From: Curvularia clavata
Lineage: Eukaryota
Direction of reading: 5' to 3'
DNA length: 64,000 nucleotides
Assembly (NCBI GenBank): GCA_023920165.1
Contig: CP089281.1
Span: forward strand, 1,674,001 to 1,738,000
Under the pieces are notes generated by a model that saw only the letters and a program-made list of their open reading frames with translations, searched no databases and had not been told where the DNA came from. Positions 36,509 through 47,619 of the stretch are shown piece after piece; positions within the stretch are counted from its first letter, which is position 1; every line of letters starts with the position of its first letter. Position numbers and translations under genes: made by a program.

Positions 36509-36961
36509 ATGGCACCCACTACCCTGCCAGATAACTTTCGTCATTCATTTAACATCGCTACTCTCATTCAAAAACGGTCAAGTTCCTGCGAAGTCAGCTA
36601 CTCGAGCCAGTGCTCCACCCATCGCACCATTCTCCTCATCGTCTCCATCTTTGTCGGCTCTTTCCTATTCATCGGCTTCGCTCTGTCATGCATGATTAAA
36701 CGGGGTCGACGCAAAGCCATACAACGTGCTCAAACGATGAACAGATATCCACCTAGGGAACTCAGGTTACTGACAGATGAGGCCGGCTTCCCTGTAGTAG
36801 CGAGAGTGCCTTTGGCGAGGACAATGAGAGATGAGAATTTGGGCAGAGCAGAGCCGAGTTGGAGAAAGTTGGATACGGGAGATGAGAGAGGTGCGAAAAG
36901 GGACGAGGCACCGCCACCGTATACGCCGAGGACGCCTGAGGCTGCTCGAATGAGAATCTGA
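36509..36961 (+). CDS. 150-aa single-pass membrane protein with C-terminal PPPY motif
   Basis: cacaATGg start; KR followed by C-x7-C; TM ILLIVSIFVGSFLFIGFAL; basic stop-transfer KRGRRK; EAPPPYTP. Confidence 0.75.
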   Translation: MAPTTLPDNFRHSFNIATLIQKRSSSCEVSYSSQCSTHRTILLIVSIFVGSFLFIGFALSCMIKRGRRKAIQRAQTMNRYPPRELRLLTDEAGFPVVARVPLARTMRDENLGRAEPSWRKLDTGDERGAKRDEAPPPYTPRTPEAARMRI

Positions 36962-39900
36962 GAGAGCAAAGAAGCATGGCGGTCATTGAATAGGAAGCAA
37001 GATTTTGGCTCTTCTACGCAGCACTACCGGACGTTCATCACGTTGTGAATAAGAGTTGTTGCTTTCAAGACATCCAGGAGCAACCATCTACTGGCTACGT
37101 TCGAAATCAGAGAGGGGCAGTTGTGAGTCAACCGGACCAATACGTCTCGCCAGATGGACTTGAGGCACATGAGCTGCCAAAGGTCCTCTTCGACTCAGAG
37201 ACGGAACATGGAATATGATGAGGCTGCCAGATTTAGAGACTGAACGACGCATCTCATCGACTCAGGTTCCAGTCAGCGGCCGTGGAAAAGAACGAGACTT
37301 GGAGAAGGCCAGTTATAGATGGAAACGAATGAGCGCTTCAGTGGGCACAACACTGTTCACTGCAGAATTCATTGGAGCTACCGAGATGGATAGGAACAGA
37401 CGGAGGAAACTCTTTGAAAACATATTCACAGAGGTAGCAGAATGTAGAAGAAAGCGATAACTACAGACAGGTCATTTCATGCACATATTGGTCCTGATGA
37501 AATTATTCGATGTCATCTTGTTGTGGCACATATAACTAGGCCCAAAGTCATGAAAACCAATATTCAAATTATGTGTAGCTGCCTTGGGTGCTGATAGCAA
37601 CTTGTACTTTGGCTAAAATAGCCGTTTGATGTACTCGAAGTTGAGCCTATTAAACTGTGCTGTTGGACCAGACACTTTCATTTTCATCAAACCCAATATA
37701 AAAACATTCTCTCAAAGAGAATCCCTAACACACCAATGTTTTCGAACGCGAGTCCGAAGCGCGACACGAGCGAGTCAGGGTAGTGTCGTCCTTGTTTCAC
37801 GGCGACTTGACATGTTCGCAAACCATGATACCTACTGACACTGCTCCACCATACGTCAACGATAAAGCAAGCTGAAAAATAGTGCGCTGTAATTGGTTAG
37901 CGTCTCTCGGTTTTCAGCTGTGTATGTTCTCTTGAATGCAGCTGCTGGTACTCCACTAGTCGGGTCCCATCCGCGCGCAGCGAACGGCAATCCTTAAGAC
38001 GACGCCGAGGCTAATTACGTTTCTCTGACATCCCAACGAGCTGGAAGCTAGAAAACTCCTTCGGACCAGTGATGCTGTACTGCAACTTCTGGTACCTGAT
38101 CGGCGGTACTAGGTCACCACGGCAATCTTGACGGTTCTCCAAGGCTGCTCTCCCGCGAATGCGCGCTCCGCACACCGCCTTGTGTTTTGATCGAAACAGC
38201 AAACCGCAACTGGCCCCTGACTCTACTGGAGACGAAGCTGAGGCGATGAAAGCACGCGGTCGTCCGTATACGGCATACGACGGGACGGGACGGCACTGAT
38301 CTGCCATAGATATGAGATTCGACACACGGCTTGCCCTGCCAGCGACGGGATTGATTAACCGAAGTTCACCACCAGGTTTGGGGCGTACCTTAGTCAGGCG
38401 GTGTGACAGCACCCTGAGCTTTGTCAAGGACGTTTGACAGCCTGTTTGTTTCATAGAGGTCGTCTGGTGCTGTCTTCACCGATATCACCACCAAGACGAG
38501 CCGCGCGCGCTGCTGGCGTATTTCTTCTTGTCGGAACGTGGCAGCTGATTTGCCGGACGAGATTCCTGCGCTAATTGCTTTTGCAACCGTGCCCGCCGGT
38601 AGAAAAGGCCCCAGAGAAGCGCGACGAGCACTCTCTGCAAGCAGCTCGGGAGCCAAAAGCTGTGCAATGCCCCTCGCGTGTCCAGGTCCGAGTTTCGAGC
38701 TGTTGCGGGTTTGCCAGCATCACCTCGAGTAATCGCGTCAAGTCTCGGCCTTTTTTTTTTAAGTTTTGTCTGAATCTGGACCTTCTCTTCCGCCAAGGCC
38801 CGCCGCTGCGTGGCGTGTTCACACTCCGCCTCGTTCCACTCAGCACTCAGCTATCTTCAGCCTGTTCCCCGAGTCCTTCCAGACCCTTGACCGACGACGT
38901 CTTGCTAGCTAGGCCTCTCCTTGCCAAAGCCGCCAAGGCGCCAGTCCGCATCCGGCATAGAAGGTTTCTGCGCTCCACACTCGGGCACGAACCTCGTTGT
39001 CATCTGTACGCGCCAGTTCAGCAAGACTACCCGTCGACTACCGCCTCTTCCTTCTTTGCATACCTTTACCGTTGTGCTGGATCTTCTCCCTCCCCCGCTC
39101 CTGTGTGGCGCATTATCAAGTAAGGCTTTTTTGTTTGCTCTCTGGACACATCCCCCTTTTTTCGTCATCAGCAGCCCCTTCATGAGGCGGCCGCCGCCGC
39201 CTCAGATGCAAGTTTGAGACCAAGTTGGGAATCACCACCGTATGTTGCTACGCTGCACAAAAATGTGTCTTCGGAAGCTATAAGATCTGCGTTGGCCTAC
39301 CATGAAGCGCTTCTCCAGGCAGCACCACCGTACCGCAAGAGAGTAGCACAGCAGCAAAGTCACCTTCCCCGATACGAGAACATGGCCATCCAATCCAAGG
39401 CGTACTTGCATGAGAATCCGCGTTAGAAAATGGCTGGGGCTGGCAAAGTTGGGATATTTCAAGAGCAGGACACTCCTCCTTCAGCACCTGCTTGCACTCG
39501 CATCTCGTTACCTTACTCTAATTCTACTGCTAACCATGGTGCCGTTAGGTCTCTTTTACCCCTCTGTTGGCGCTAGTGTCGGGCCGTTAGGTGACGTTTC
39601 AAATTTCTGGAGAAGGCCAAAGGGGTTGAGGGTCTTATCGAGCAAAGGACTTTCACGTGACGCCCGCGCACACTCGGCACTACCAATCGTCGATGCAGGC
39701 TATGGTCCTGTGATAGTACACGAAAGCGCCTGTACGAGTATTGAATTCGCGTCCTCCCGAGCATCACACATCGATTCGAGCAGTGTGTGTCCTGTCCTGA
39801 GAGACAGATCTTCGACCAACCACTTTCCTTGCCTCCAGCCTCGTCATGTGGAAACGCTAGTTCTGAATTTGGCCCCATCTGTACAATCATTTCCATTCTC

Positions 39901-39970
39901 ACATACGAATCTCCCTGACGATCTTGGACCAACTCAAGCACTTTCCAACCGCATTGCGAGCCCGGCCAGC

Positions 39971-42592
39971 ATGTCTCAGAGCCGCACCAATACCATTGAT
40001 TCTCAGACATCGGTCCCCTACCTTGCCAGCCAGAACAGCAGTCAAGAAAACTTGCACCGTCAAGAAAATCAAGATGGTGGGTCCGATCGCCCGTCGACAG
40101 CCTCCAATCGGACGCCTGGCTCTGTATCTCAATCACCAGCAACGCTTGCAGGTTTAGGTACACCCGCAACCTCTACGGCGGGTTTATCAGGTTTAGTATG
40201 CAACGTCCACCGTACTACGGGCAAGGAGCCCCATCCGCTCGTGGGTGCAACTACAACTATTTTGGGCGATAAGCTCTATGTTTTTGGCGGCCGAAGACTA
40301 TCGCGAACGAGACCGCAGCTGACGTCGGACTTGTACGAACTTGATCTCATTAAGCGCCACTGGACAAAGGTCGAGACCAAGGGTGATATACCGCCTCCAC
40401 GGTATTTCCATAGTGTTTGTGCGCTTGGGGATACTAAACTTGTGTGCTACGGGGGCATGTCGCCTGCGAACCCCGCGTCAAACCAAGCTACTTCTGTGAT
40501 ACAGGGCGCGCCCGCTGACGCTCAGCCGGAGGTTGTGGTCATGTCGGATGTTCACATTTACGATGCGCCCACACGAACATGGATGCATGTCGCTACAAGC
40601 AATGCGCCACAGGGTCGCTATGCTCATTGTGCTACCATACTTCCGAGCTCAGCCGTATTTAGCTCAACAAGCGCTGCAGTGACTGCTATACGGCACAACC
40701 CGCCTTCGTCGAATCCGAATCAAGGGTCTCTGGGAGTCGAGCTAGATGGTGAAGGCGGCGCGGAGATGCTCGTCGTGGGTGGGCAAGACAGTGCCAATCA
40801 CTACATTGAACAGATTAGCGTCTTCAACTTGCGGAGTCTTACGTGGACAGGCACCAGTATCCTGGGCAGGAGCTGTGGCGCATATCGAAGCGTGGTTGCG
40901 CCATTAACTACCATTCACCCAGACGACATTGGTGAAGGGCGACGGCGTGGCGATGACGCAAGAGCACCTGACGAGCAAGATCCTATCCGGAACTATGAGT
41001 CCTCGATGCTCATATACTCAAACTACAATTTTCTCGACGTTAAGCTTGAACTACAAGTACGTCATGCCGATGGTACACTTTCTGAAAAGCCAATGCAAGG
41101 CAATTTTTCACCGCCTGGTCTCCGCTTTCCCAATGGCGGTATCATCAACAACCACTTTGTAGTGAGCGGCACATTTTTAACTTCTTCAAAGCAAGAATAC
41201 GCCCTCTGGGCGCTTGATTTGCGTACGCTAAGCTGGGGGCGAATAGAAGCCGGGGGCAATATCTTTAGCCAAGGAAGCTGGAACAGAGGCGTGCTGTGGA
41301 ACCGTAGAAACAGTTTTGTGATTCTAGGCAACCGGAAGAGGAGTTTGGTTGAAGACTACAATCATCGACGCATTAACTTCTCGAATATGTGTGTCGTGGA
41401 GCTCGAAGCATTCGGCCTTTACGACAACCCGCGTAAAGTTACACCGTCATCAGGCTTCCAATCCGTAAGCGCGCCACCGATGCATGACCGACTAGACGTG
41501 CTCGCTGGTGGCCGTACACTTTTACCTGCAGCAACCGAACTCGGACAAATGGCCCTTGGCATGCGAGAATTCGCTGACATGGACTTCCTAGCCCTGAACG
41601 GTGAACGCATTCCTGTCAACTCCCATTTGATTGCTCGGCGCTGGGGCCCATACTTCAACCAACTCCTTCGAGAGAGTGCACAAAGCGCCGAGAAGGAAAA
41701 TGCCGAAGCGGCAACTCTGCGACCCACTGCTACCATGCATCCATCGCGCAACTCGAGCATAACTATTACACCTTCAATCCGAACAAACTACAGTGCAGCT
41801 ACAACGCTCACTGCCAACACCATCACGGCGTCTGAGGCTACAGCAGTCTCGGCGAATTCTTATTCCACACTGAGTCCGCCAGAACCTTCGTCACACGCGC
41901 CTTCTCAACGGCCTCGGACACTATTTTTACCCCATACTCACCTTACACTTCAAGCGCTCATACACTTTCTGTACACGTCATCCCTTCCACCACCACACTC
42001 ACAACTGTGTTCGCCGCAAATACTCTGCTCTCTGCTCCAATTGGCGCGGCCATACCACATTGACGGTCTTTTAGAAGCAATCATCGAACGGCTCCATACC
42101 TTGCTGGACAACAGGAACACGGCGGCAATTTTCAATGCCGCAGCTATGGCAGCTGGTGGAGGGTCGGGTATCGGTTTCATGGGTGTCAACGGCGTCTCTG
42201 GTACCAATGGCACAACGAATGGTTTTTCCATCTCTCAGCCAAGCAACAACACCAGCGCCGTCGATGTCGAACGCAGCCTCGATGCTGGACTCCGAGCGCT
42301 CCGCCTCAACACTGACGTAGACCGACACCATGATGACGAAGTCAGCTCAGCCGTATCTGAGTCAACTTCGGCCTCGGCATCAGACAGCGGCCTTGGAGAC
42401 GGCAGCATCATTGAAGAAAGAGAGATTTGGAGCGGTGAAATGAGCGCTGTCGTTGGGCTGCAGAAGCGCGGCCTCAGAGGATTGATGGAGGGTCGTAGGA
42501 TCCGCGAGATGGGCCGAAGTAGAGACAGGAGTAGGGACGATGGCGGTATGGGTAACGGAGATGGAGTTGGGCTTGGCTTGCAAGGTGCTTGA
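39971..42592 (+). CDS. Kelch-repeat + BTB-like protein, Ral2/Mds3/Pmd1-like (about 873 aa)
   Basis: Kelch repeats KLYVFGG, PPPRYFHS, PQGRYAH, VVGG; BTB-like DMDFLALNGERIPVNSHLIARRWGPYF...ALIHFLYT. Start placed at 39971 because the ATG at 39410 lies inside an apparent leader intron. Confidence 0.85.
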   Translation: MSQSRTNTIDSQTSVPYLASQNSSQENLHRQENQDGGSDRPSTASNRTPGSVSQSPATLAGLGTPATSTAGLSGLVCNVHRTTGKEPHPLVGATTTILGDKLYVFGGRRLSRTRPQLTSDLYELDLIKRHWTKVETKGDIPPPRYFHSVCALGDTKLVCYGGMSPANPASNQATSVIQGAPADAQPEVVVMSDVHIYDAPTRTWMHVATSNAPQGRYAHCATILPSSAVFSSTSAAVTAIRHNPPSSNPNQGSLGVELDGEGGAEMLVVGGQDSANHYIEQISVFNLRSLTWTGTSILGRSCGAYRSVVAPLTTIHPDDIGEGRRRGDDARAPDEQDPIRNYESSMLIYSNYNFLDVKLELQVRHADGTLSEKPMQGNFSPPGLRFPNGGIINNHFVVSGTFLTSSKQEYALWALDLRTLSWGRIEAGGNIFSQGSWNRGVLWNRRNSFVILGNRKRSLVEDYNHRRINFSNMCVVELEAFGLYDNPRKVTPSSGFQSVSAPPMHDRLDVLAGGRTLLPAATELGQMALGMREFADMDFLALNGERIPVNSHLIARRWGPYFNQLLRESAQSAEKENAEAATLRPTATMHPSRNSSITITPSIRTNYSAATTLTANTITASEATAVSANSYSTLSPPEPSSHAPSQRPRTLFLPHTHLTLQALIHFLYTSSLPPPHSQLCSPQILCSLLQLARPYHIDGLLEAIIERLHTLLDNRNTAAIFNAAAMAAGGGSGIGFMGVNGVSGTNGTTNGFSISQPSNNTSAVDVERSLDAGLRALRLNTDVDRHHDDEVSSAVSESTSASASDSGLGDGSIIEEREIWSGEMSAVVGLQKRGLRGLMEGRRIREMGRSRDRSRDDGGMGNGDGVGLGLQGA

Positions 42593-43146
42593 CCATGATG
42601 ACAAGCAAAGAGAAGGATAGAGCAGCGTTGGAGGGAAAGAGGAGAGAATGTTTATTTCAAGCTGAGGCGATGGAGTAAGGAAGACGTGGTTCTTTTTTTT
42701 TTTTGATGCTTGACGGGAAGATGTTTGTTGTAACTTCTAAAGCCTTTCTTGTTTGGTGATGACTTGGATGAATGAATGAAGTGTTAAGAGAAGTTTAAAT
42801 TGCTTCTTTACGTGCAAACCACTGCCCGTCGTGATTACTATATTTTTCCAGGTTCTATCTCCGGATTTCTTTTCCTTTGATGGATGTCATTGCCGATATC
42901 GCACGGGCGCTAGTTCTGTGAGGGCGAGATGGCTGTAGTAATGTGCTGTCCAATCCGAGGCTGCGGAAATCCGTAAACGGGATGTTGGTGCTGAATAAGC
43001 ACAGTCTTGGCAGGATCGTCATCCTTCCACTGAACCGAGTGCACCTGAAAGCCCGCGCCGCGCTATGAAGTGTTCCAACAAACAGCGATGGTGCCTTTGG
43101 TAGGAATAGCGTCCCTCTATTCCTACAGCACCGTCCAGAGGCCTCC

Positions 43147-46100
43147 ATGACGGCATCAACTCCCTCGACGCTTGCCCGCTACAGACCTGCTTTGTTGTTT
43201 CTCACAGGAGTGTCGGCTGGATACGCAGCATGGGTTATTTACAATACCCTCCAAACACCCACATCCGAGGGCCTCCATCGCAGTAATGCCGTTCGCAGGC
43301 GACGTCCACGAGAATCTGCGCCGGCGCCACCGGCGCTACCTCTGAGCGAGCAGAACATACCTGTGTTGGGCGAGTTCCATGTCATAAACACCCGAGTGGT
43401 ACTCGATCCACACAACTTGATCACGCCAACCGATTTGCGCCATATCATCCTGATTCAGCAGCCAGATGCTAGCGAGGAGACCATAAACCATATAATCGGG
43501 CGCACATACGAAGAGTTCTTTGACCGACTGCTGGTCGTGCACTCCCCCGATCGTGCACTTACTCCGTCAGAGCTTGATGCGCTTCTGGCCTGGCTGAACG
43601 AACGTAATCCGAACAACTCATCATTGAATCGCGATGCAATCGACCGCGCAGCAAATTGGCATGGACAAATGTTCGGAGCTGCGGATAGTCTTGGGCTGGA
43701 TGGGGGAGAGAGTGTGGCGCCTACAGAGCTGTCTTTGGGAAGCGATGACGACCCGGATGACGATGCCATTGATCCGGAGGGCCAGACCCTTCAGCGCACT
43801 CTATACCACATTGCAGAGGATCGGGCGAGACAAGAAGGAGTTGTGCATCGTGGAATTACATGCAACGGCTGCGACGAGAAGCCTATTCGGGGAACCAGAT
43901 GGCACTGCGCAAACTGCCCAGACTTCGACCTATGTTCCAATTGCGAAGCAACCAACTCGCACTATAAGAACCACATCTTCTACAAGATACGCGTGCCTGC
44001 AGGCTATCTCAGCCTACAGAAACAAGAGCCCATTTACCCCGGAAAGCCTCATATGATGAACCTCTCGATCGATTCGACACTGAAGAGGCGTCTGGTAGCA
44101 GAGACTAAGATGGAAGCTGAAGAGGTAGAGGCGTTGTGGGATCAGTTCACTTGTTTGGCAGGAACGGAGTGGCTGGAGGATCCGACCAACGTGGGATGGG
44201 CCATCGACCGACGCGATTTCAATCACGCATTCGTACCGCGCTACAGCAACTTTCCGGCCGCACCAAATCTCGTTTACGACCGTATTTTCGCATACTATGA
44301 TACCGACAAGAACGGTCTCATCGGCTTTGAAGAGTGGATCAAAGGACTAGACGGCATGCATACCACAGACGTAGAAGTGAAGGCAAGGATTCTCTTCGAT
44401 GGATACGACCTTGATGGAGACGGCTATGTATCGCGCAAGGACATACTGCGAATTTTCCGAGCCTACTATTCTATCGAGAAAGAAGCTACGCGGAACTACA
44501 TCATGGAGCTGTCCGAGGAAGTGACTGTGCGCAGTGCCCTGGACACTATCCGCTCTAGTCAGCCCCTGGGCTCTGCATTCCCGCCTCGTAGCATGAACGA
44601 TTCCAACGCAAGCAACCCGCGTTTGCGGCAGAAGCAAGAAAATGGCGTGAATACCATTCCGCCTGTGCTGGAACGGAACACTGACGTCGCTGAGCGAGAT
44701 GAAATTCTCAGAACAACCGACCTCCAGCACATTGTGCCCGACGAAGTATCCGATGAGCAGCAAGCCAACATCTTGAACCGTAGATGGGCTCGAAGACAAT
44801 ACTATGTGGATGAAGAGGAGGGTTTTGCGCGGCCAAATGGGGCAGATGATCTGGACCCCCTCCAGGAATTTACTGAATCTGATGACCCTACGGACATCAA
44901 TGAGGAACATTTTCGAAACAGGAGCTCGCGTTCGTCTTCTAGAGTTCGTTTTCAAGATGATGTAGAGCTAGAGACACGGTCCAATGCCTCCTCTTCGAGG
45001 CCGGTCGGAGAGCGTTGGGGTGGGTACGAAGTACCCGAACCCGAACAGGATCTTGGCAAAGAAGTATTGTACCAAGTCACACAGCAAGGATTTAACGAAT
45101 TACTTAACCCATTGTTTCTTGAAAAAGAGGACATGGCTATGGACGCACAGCGCACCCGTAGTGAGCGCCGAACAAAGGCCGCCGATATCGGCAAACTCAC
45201 TTCGCATCTCTTCACCGTTGAGAAGTCTGATGTGGAAGTTATTCTCCGAGTCGGCATTTTTCGATTTTCAAAATGGATGGTGGAGAAGTTCTGCTGGGCG
45301 CTGAACTATGGACAATCAAACATACAAAACTTGTTCACAAATCCTAGCCATGGTGGACCGAGCTCCGAAAAGGACATTCGCGCGGCAGTACAAGCAATCT
45401 ACGACTCTGTTGAGGCAAAAGTTTTAGACTCTGTTAAGAATCGGGATGCAACAAACGCTGACAATATGATGATATGGGACATGTTTCTGTGCAAGCGTCA
45501 GCTCAGGGAAGAGGCGATAGATGCATTCATGAGTTGTGCCGATAGGCAAGGATGGCTTCCACGCCCTGCTTCGAATGCGGATTCAGCTGCCGACTACAGA
45601 GACCCTACCATGCCCCAGTTTCGACCGAACTCCCTCGACTTTTCACCGCCAGATTCACACACAGCCTCGTGTAGCTCTTCGGACACTGGTACAGCTTCGG
45701 ACACTGATGAATTTTCGATATCGACACATGATGATTCAGATGCTGAGCGATGCTTCTTTGTGTGTGCAGCACATGATGGCTTGAAACGATACCCAGGAAG
45801 ACAACAGTCCACAGATTCAACTCCAGCACCAGAATCTGGATCTCCATCCACACATCCTGCAGGAGCTGACCTTGCTGGGCGGGCCCTGGAACGGGTGCCA
45901 ATTCCGCACCCTGCAGAGTCGGAAGGGCCGACAGCAGATACCTTTATGTTAGAGTGGCATTCCAATGTCCCAGAGCGTCACTTTCTCTTCATCGACAACG
46001 TGGAGGGCACAGACTTTGTCCAGTGCAGTAGCGACCAAATCAATCATTCCATGGATCCGTACCACCCTGAGACATGTCAAGTGGGACGAATGCTACGCTC

Positions 46101-46290
46101 TATTCGCCATATGGCCATGAATCCTCAATCTCCTCTACATCTCATCATGCTAGCCAGCCTTGATAACGTCGACCAAGAGATCAATGATCGCAAAGGCGGC
46201 GGTTTGATCAACTTTGAAGAGTTTGCGGAACATATGAGGCAGGGACAGCTGCGATTCTTGGAGTCATGGATGGACTGGGTTGGAATATAA
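43147..46290 (+). CDS. ZZ-type zinc finger + EF-hand protein with N-terminal membrane anchor (1047 aa)
   Basis: HRGITCNGCDEKPIRGTRWHCANCPDFDLCSNC (ZZ); EF loops DTDKNGLIGFEE and DLDGDGYVSRKD; C-terminal GGGLINFEEF. Confidence 0.9.
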   Translation: MTASTPSTLARYRPALLFLTGVSAGYAAWVIYNTLQTPTSEGLHRSNAVRRRRPRESAPAPPALPLSEQNIPVLGEFHVINTRVVLDPHNLITPTDLRHIILIQQPDASEETINHIIGRTYEEFFDRLLVVHSPDRALTPSELDALLAWLNERNPNNSSLNRDAIDRAANWHGQMFGAADSLGLDGGESVAPTELSLGSDDDPDDDAIDPEGQTLQRTLYHIAEDRARQEGVVHRGITCNGCDEKPIRGTRWHCANCPDFDLCSNCEATNSHYKNHIFYKIRVPAGYLSLQKQEPIYPGKPHMMNLSIDSTLKRRLVAETKMEAEEVEALWDQFTCLAGTEWLEDPTNVGWAIDRRDFNHAFVPRYSNFPAAPNLVYDRIFAYYDTDKNGLIGFEEWIKGLDGMHTTDVEVKARILFDGYDLDGDGYVSRKDILRIFRAYYSIEKEATRNYIMELSEEVTVRSALDTIRSSQPLGSAFPPRSMNDSNASNPRLRQKQENGVNTIPPVLERNTDVAERDEILRTTDLQHIVPDEVSDEQQANILNRRWARRQYYVDEEEGFARPNGADDLDPLQEFTESDDPTDINEEHFRNRSSRSSSRVRFQDDVELETRSNASSSRPVGERWGGYEVPEPEQDLGKEVLYQVTQQGFNELLNPLFLEKEDMAMDAQRTRSERRTKAADIGKLTSHLFTVEKSDVEVILRVGIFRFSKWMVEKFCWALNYGQSNIQNLFTNPSHGGPSSEKDIRAAVQAIYDSVEAKVLDSVKNRDATNADNMMIWDMFLCKRQLREEAIDAFMSCADRQGWLPRPASNADSAADYRDPTMPQFRPNSLDFSPPDSHTASCSSSDTGTASDTDEFSISTHDDSDAERCFFVCAAHDGLKRYPGRQQSTDSTPAPESGSPSTHPAGADLAGRALERVPIPHPAESEGPTADTFMLEWHSNVPERHFLFIDNVEGTDFVQCSSDQINHSMDPYHPETCQVGRMLRSIRHMAMNPQSPLHLIMLASLDNVDQEINDRKGGGLINFEEFAEHMRQGQLRFLESWMDWVGI

Positions 46291-47619
46291 CGTCCATGCC
46301 CTGCAACCAGCCAGGCTTCGCTTCAATCGAAAGCGCTTGTATGCACCTGAAAGATTGTGCACATCATGATGATGCCCATAATTCATCGTATTATTTGGCG
46401 GATGGACAAAACCAGAGTCACAGACACTAGATTGCTGTGGATTTTTGGGAAATCCCTCCATACCCTCCTAGGTCATCTTGCGATAGGAGCGGGCTGGTCT
46501 GAATTGAATATTCTTGGCGTCCGATAAGTGGGATGCAGACACTTTAGGGAGGCTGAGTTGAAACCTCAAATGATTTGAGAAGCGCTGTTCTGACAGCATG
46601 TGAAGCATCTATGTAGAACCAGCCTACATACCCGAGCCAAAGCGACTATGGGCATATGTAGCTTCAACAACGAAATTACATGACATTACGAACTCTAAGC
46701 ATGATATCGACCAGTGTTCTAAAATTACCTCCTACCTATCCTTGGTGAAAATGATGATCGCAGAAAACACTAGCTTCGCCTATTTAACAACTACGCACAA
46801 TAAGTTCCCACTCATGCATGCATAACGTCCCAGTAGCCATCCCCATGGGCTCCTCTCCTTACAGCTAACCAATCTATACATTAGTGACGCAGTTCCCCTC
46901 GTCACTTATAAAACCACACCCTACAATAGCATGATCCCACATGCACATGATGGCCAGCGCTAAAGCAGTTATCGTGGCTATGTATGTCTGAACAAGGGAC
47001 ACATGGACGGTTTCGGCTTTCCAAGGCCCCGGATGTGCGAACTCCCCATGGAGAGAAAAAGGAAAAAGGGGGAGGGGGAGTTAAGGACATGGGTGTGTAT
47101 ATTGCTTGGCTACCAAGGCGATGGTAACGAGACTATCTTTCTAGTGCTATATGTACTTGTGGATATGTATAACACGTCGTGCAGGACTAGGCAAGTGAAG
47201 CGATCATGAAGGATACTGAAACTAATTTTTGTATGTGTGGGTATAGAATGGGTATGGAATGTGTGAAGGATGAACGAGTCTATATCTTTTGGTCTATGTA
47301 CATGAGTTGCGGCGTTGTCTAAGGGCGTAGTTGTTTCAGATGTTGGAGGTATATACAAAGTAATGGGGAGGAGCACTCTTTCGCATCCGTATGTTACCAG
47401 TGTGCCTTTTCGCGTATAGTGGAGTGGTACCTTGCCGCTTAAACGGCAATGCACTGCTGCTGTTTTCCTCCTTTTTCGAAAACTGCTGTGGTAAGATGAC
47501 TGCACCAGCTTCTGCAGGTCTGCGCCATCCGACGTCTCAGCCAAGGCTTTTGGTACGCAGCGGAGTGGTGGTGAGGATGTGGGTATCTCGATGTGTGCCT
47601 GATCTCAGACAAGCCGTGT

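Noticed and set aside
39410..39970. ATG 39410 as the true start of a 1060-aa Kelch protein
   Set aside because: It lies inside an apparent intron ending at 39548, and the extension does not look like conserved protein. Kept only as a possible non-canonical extension.
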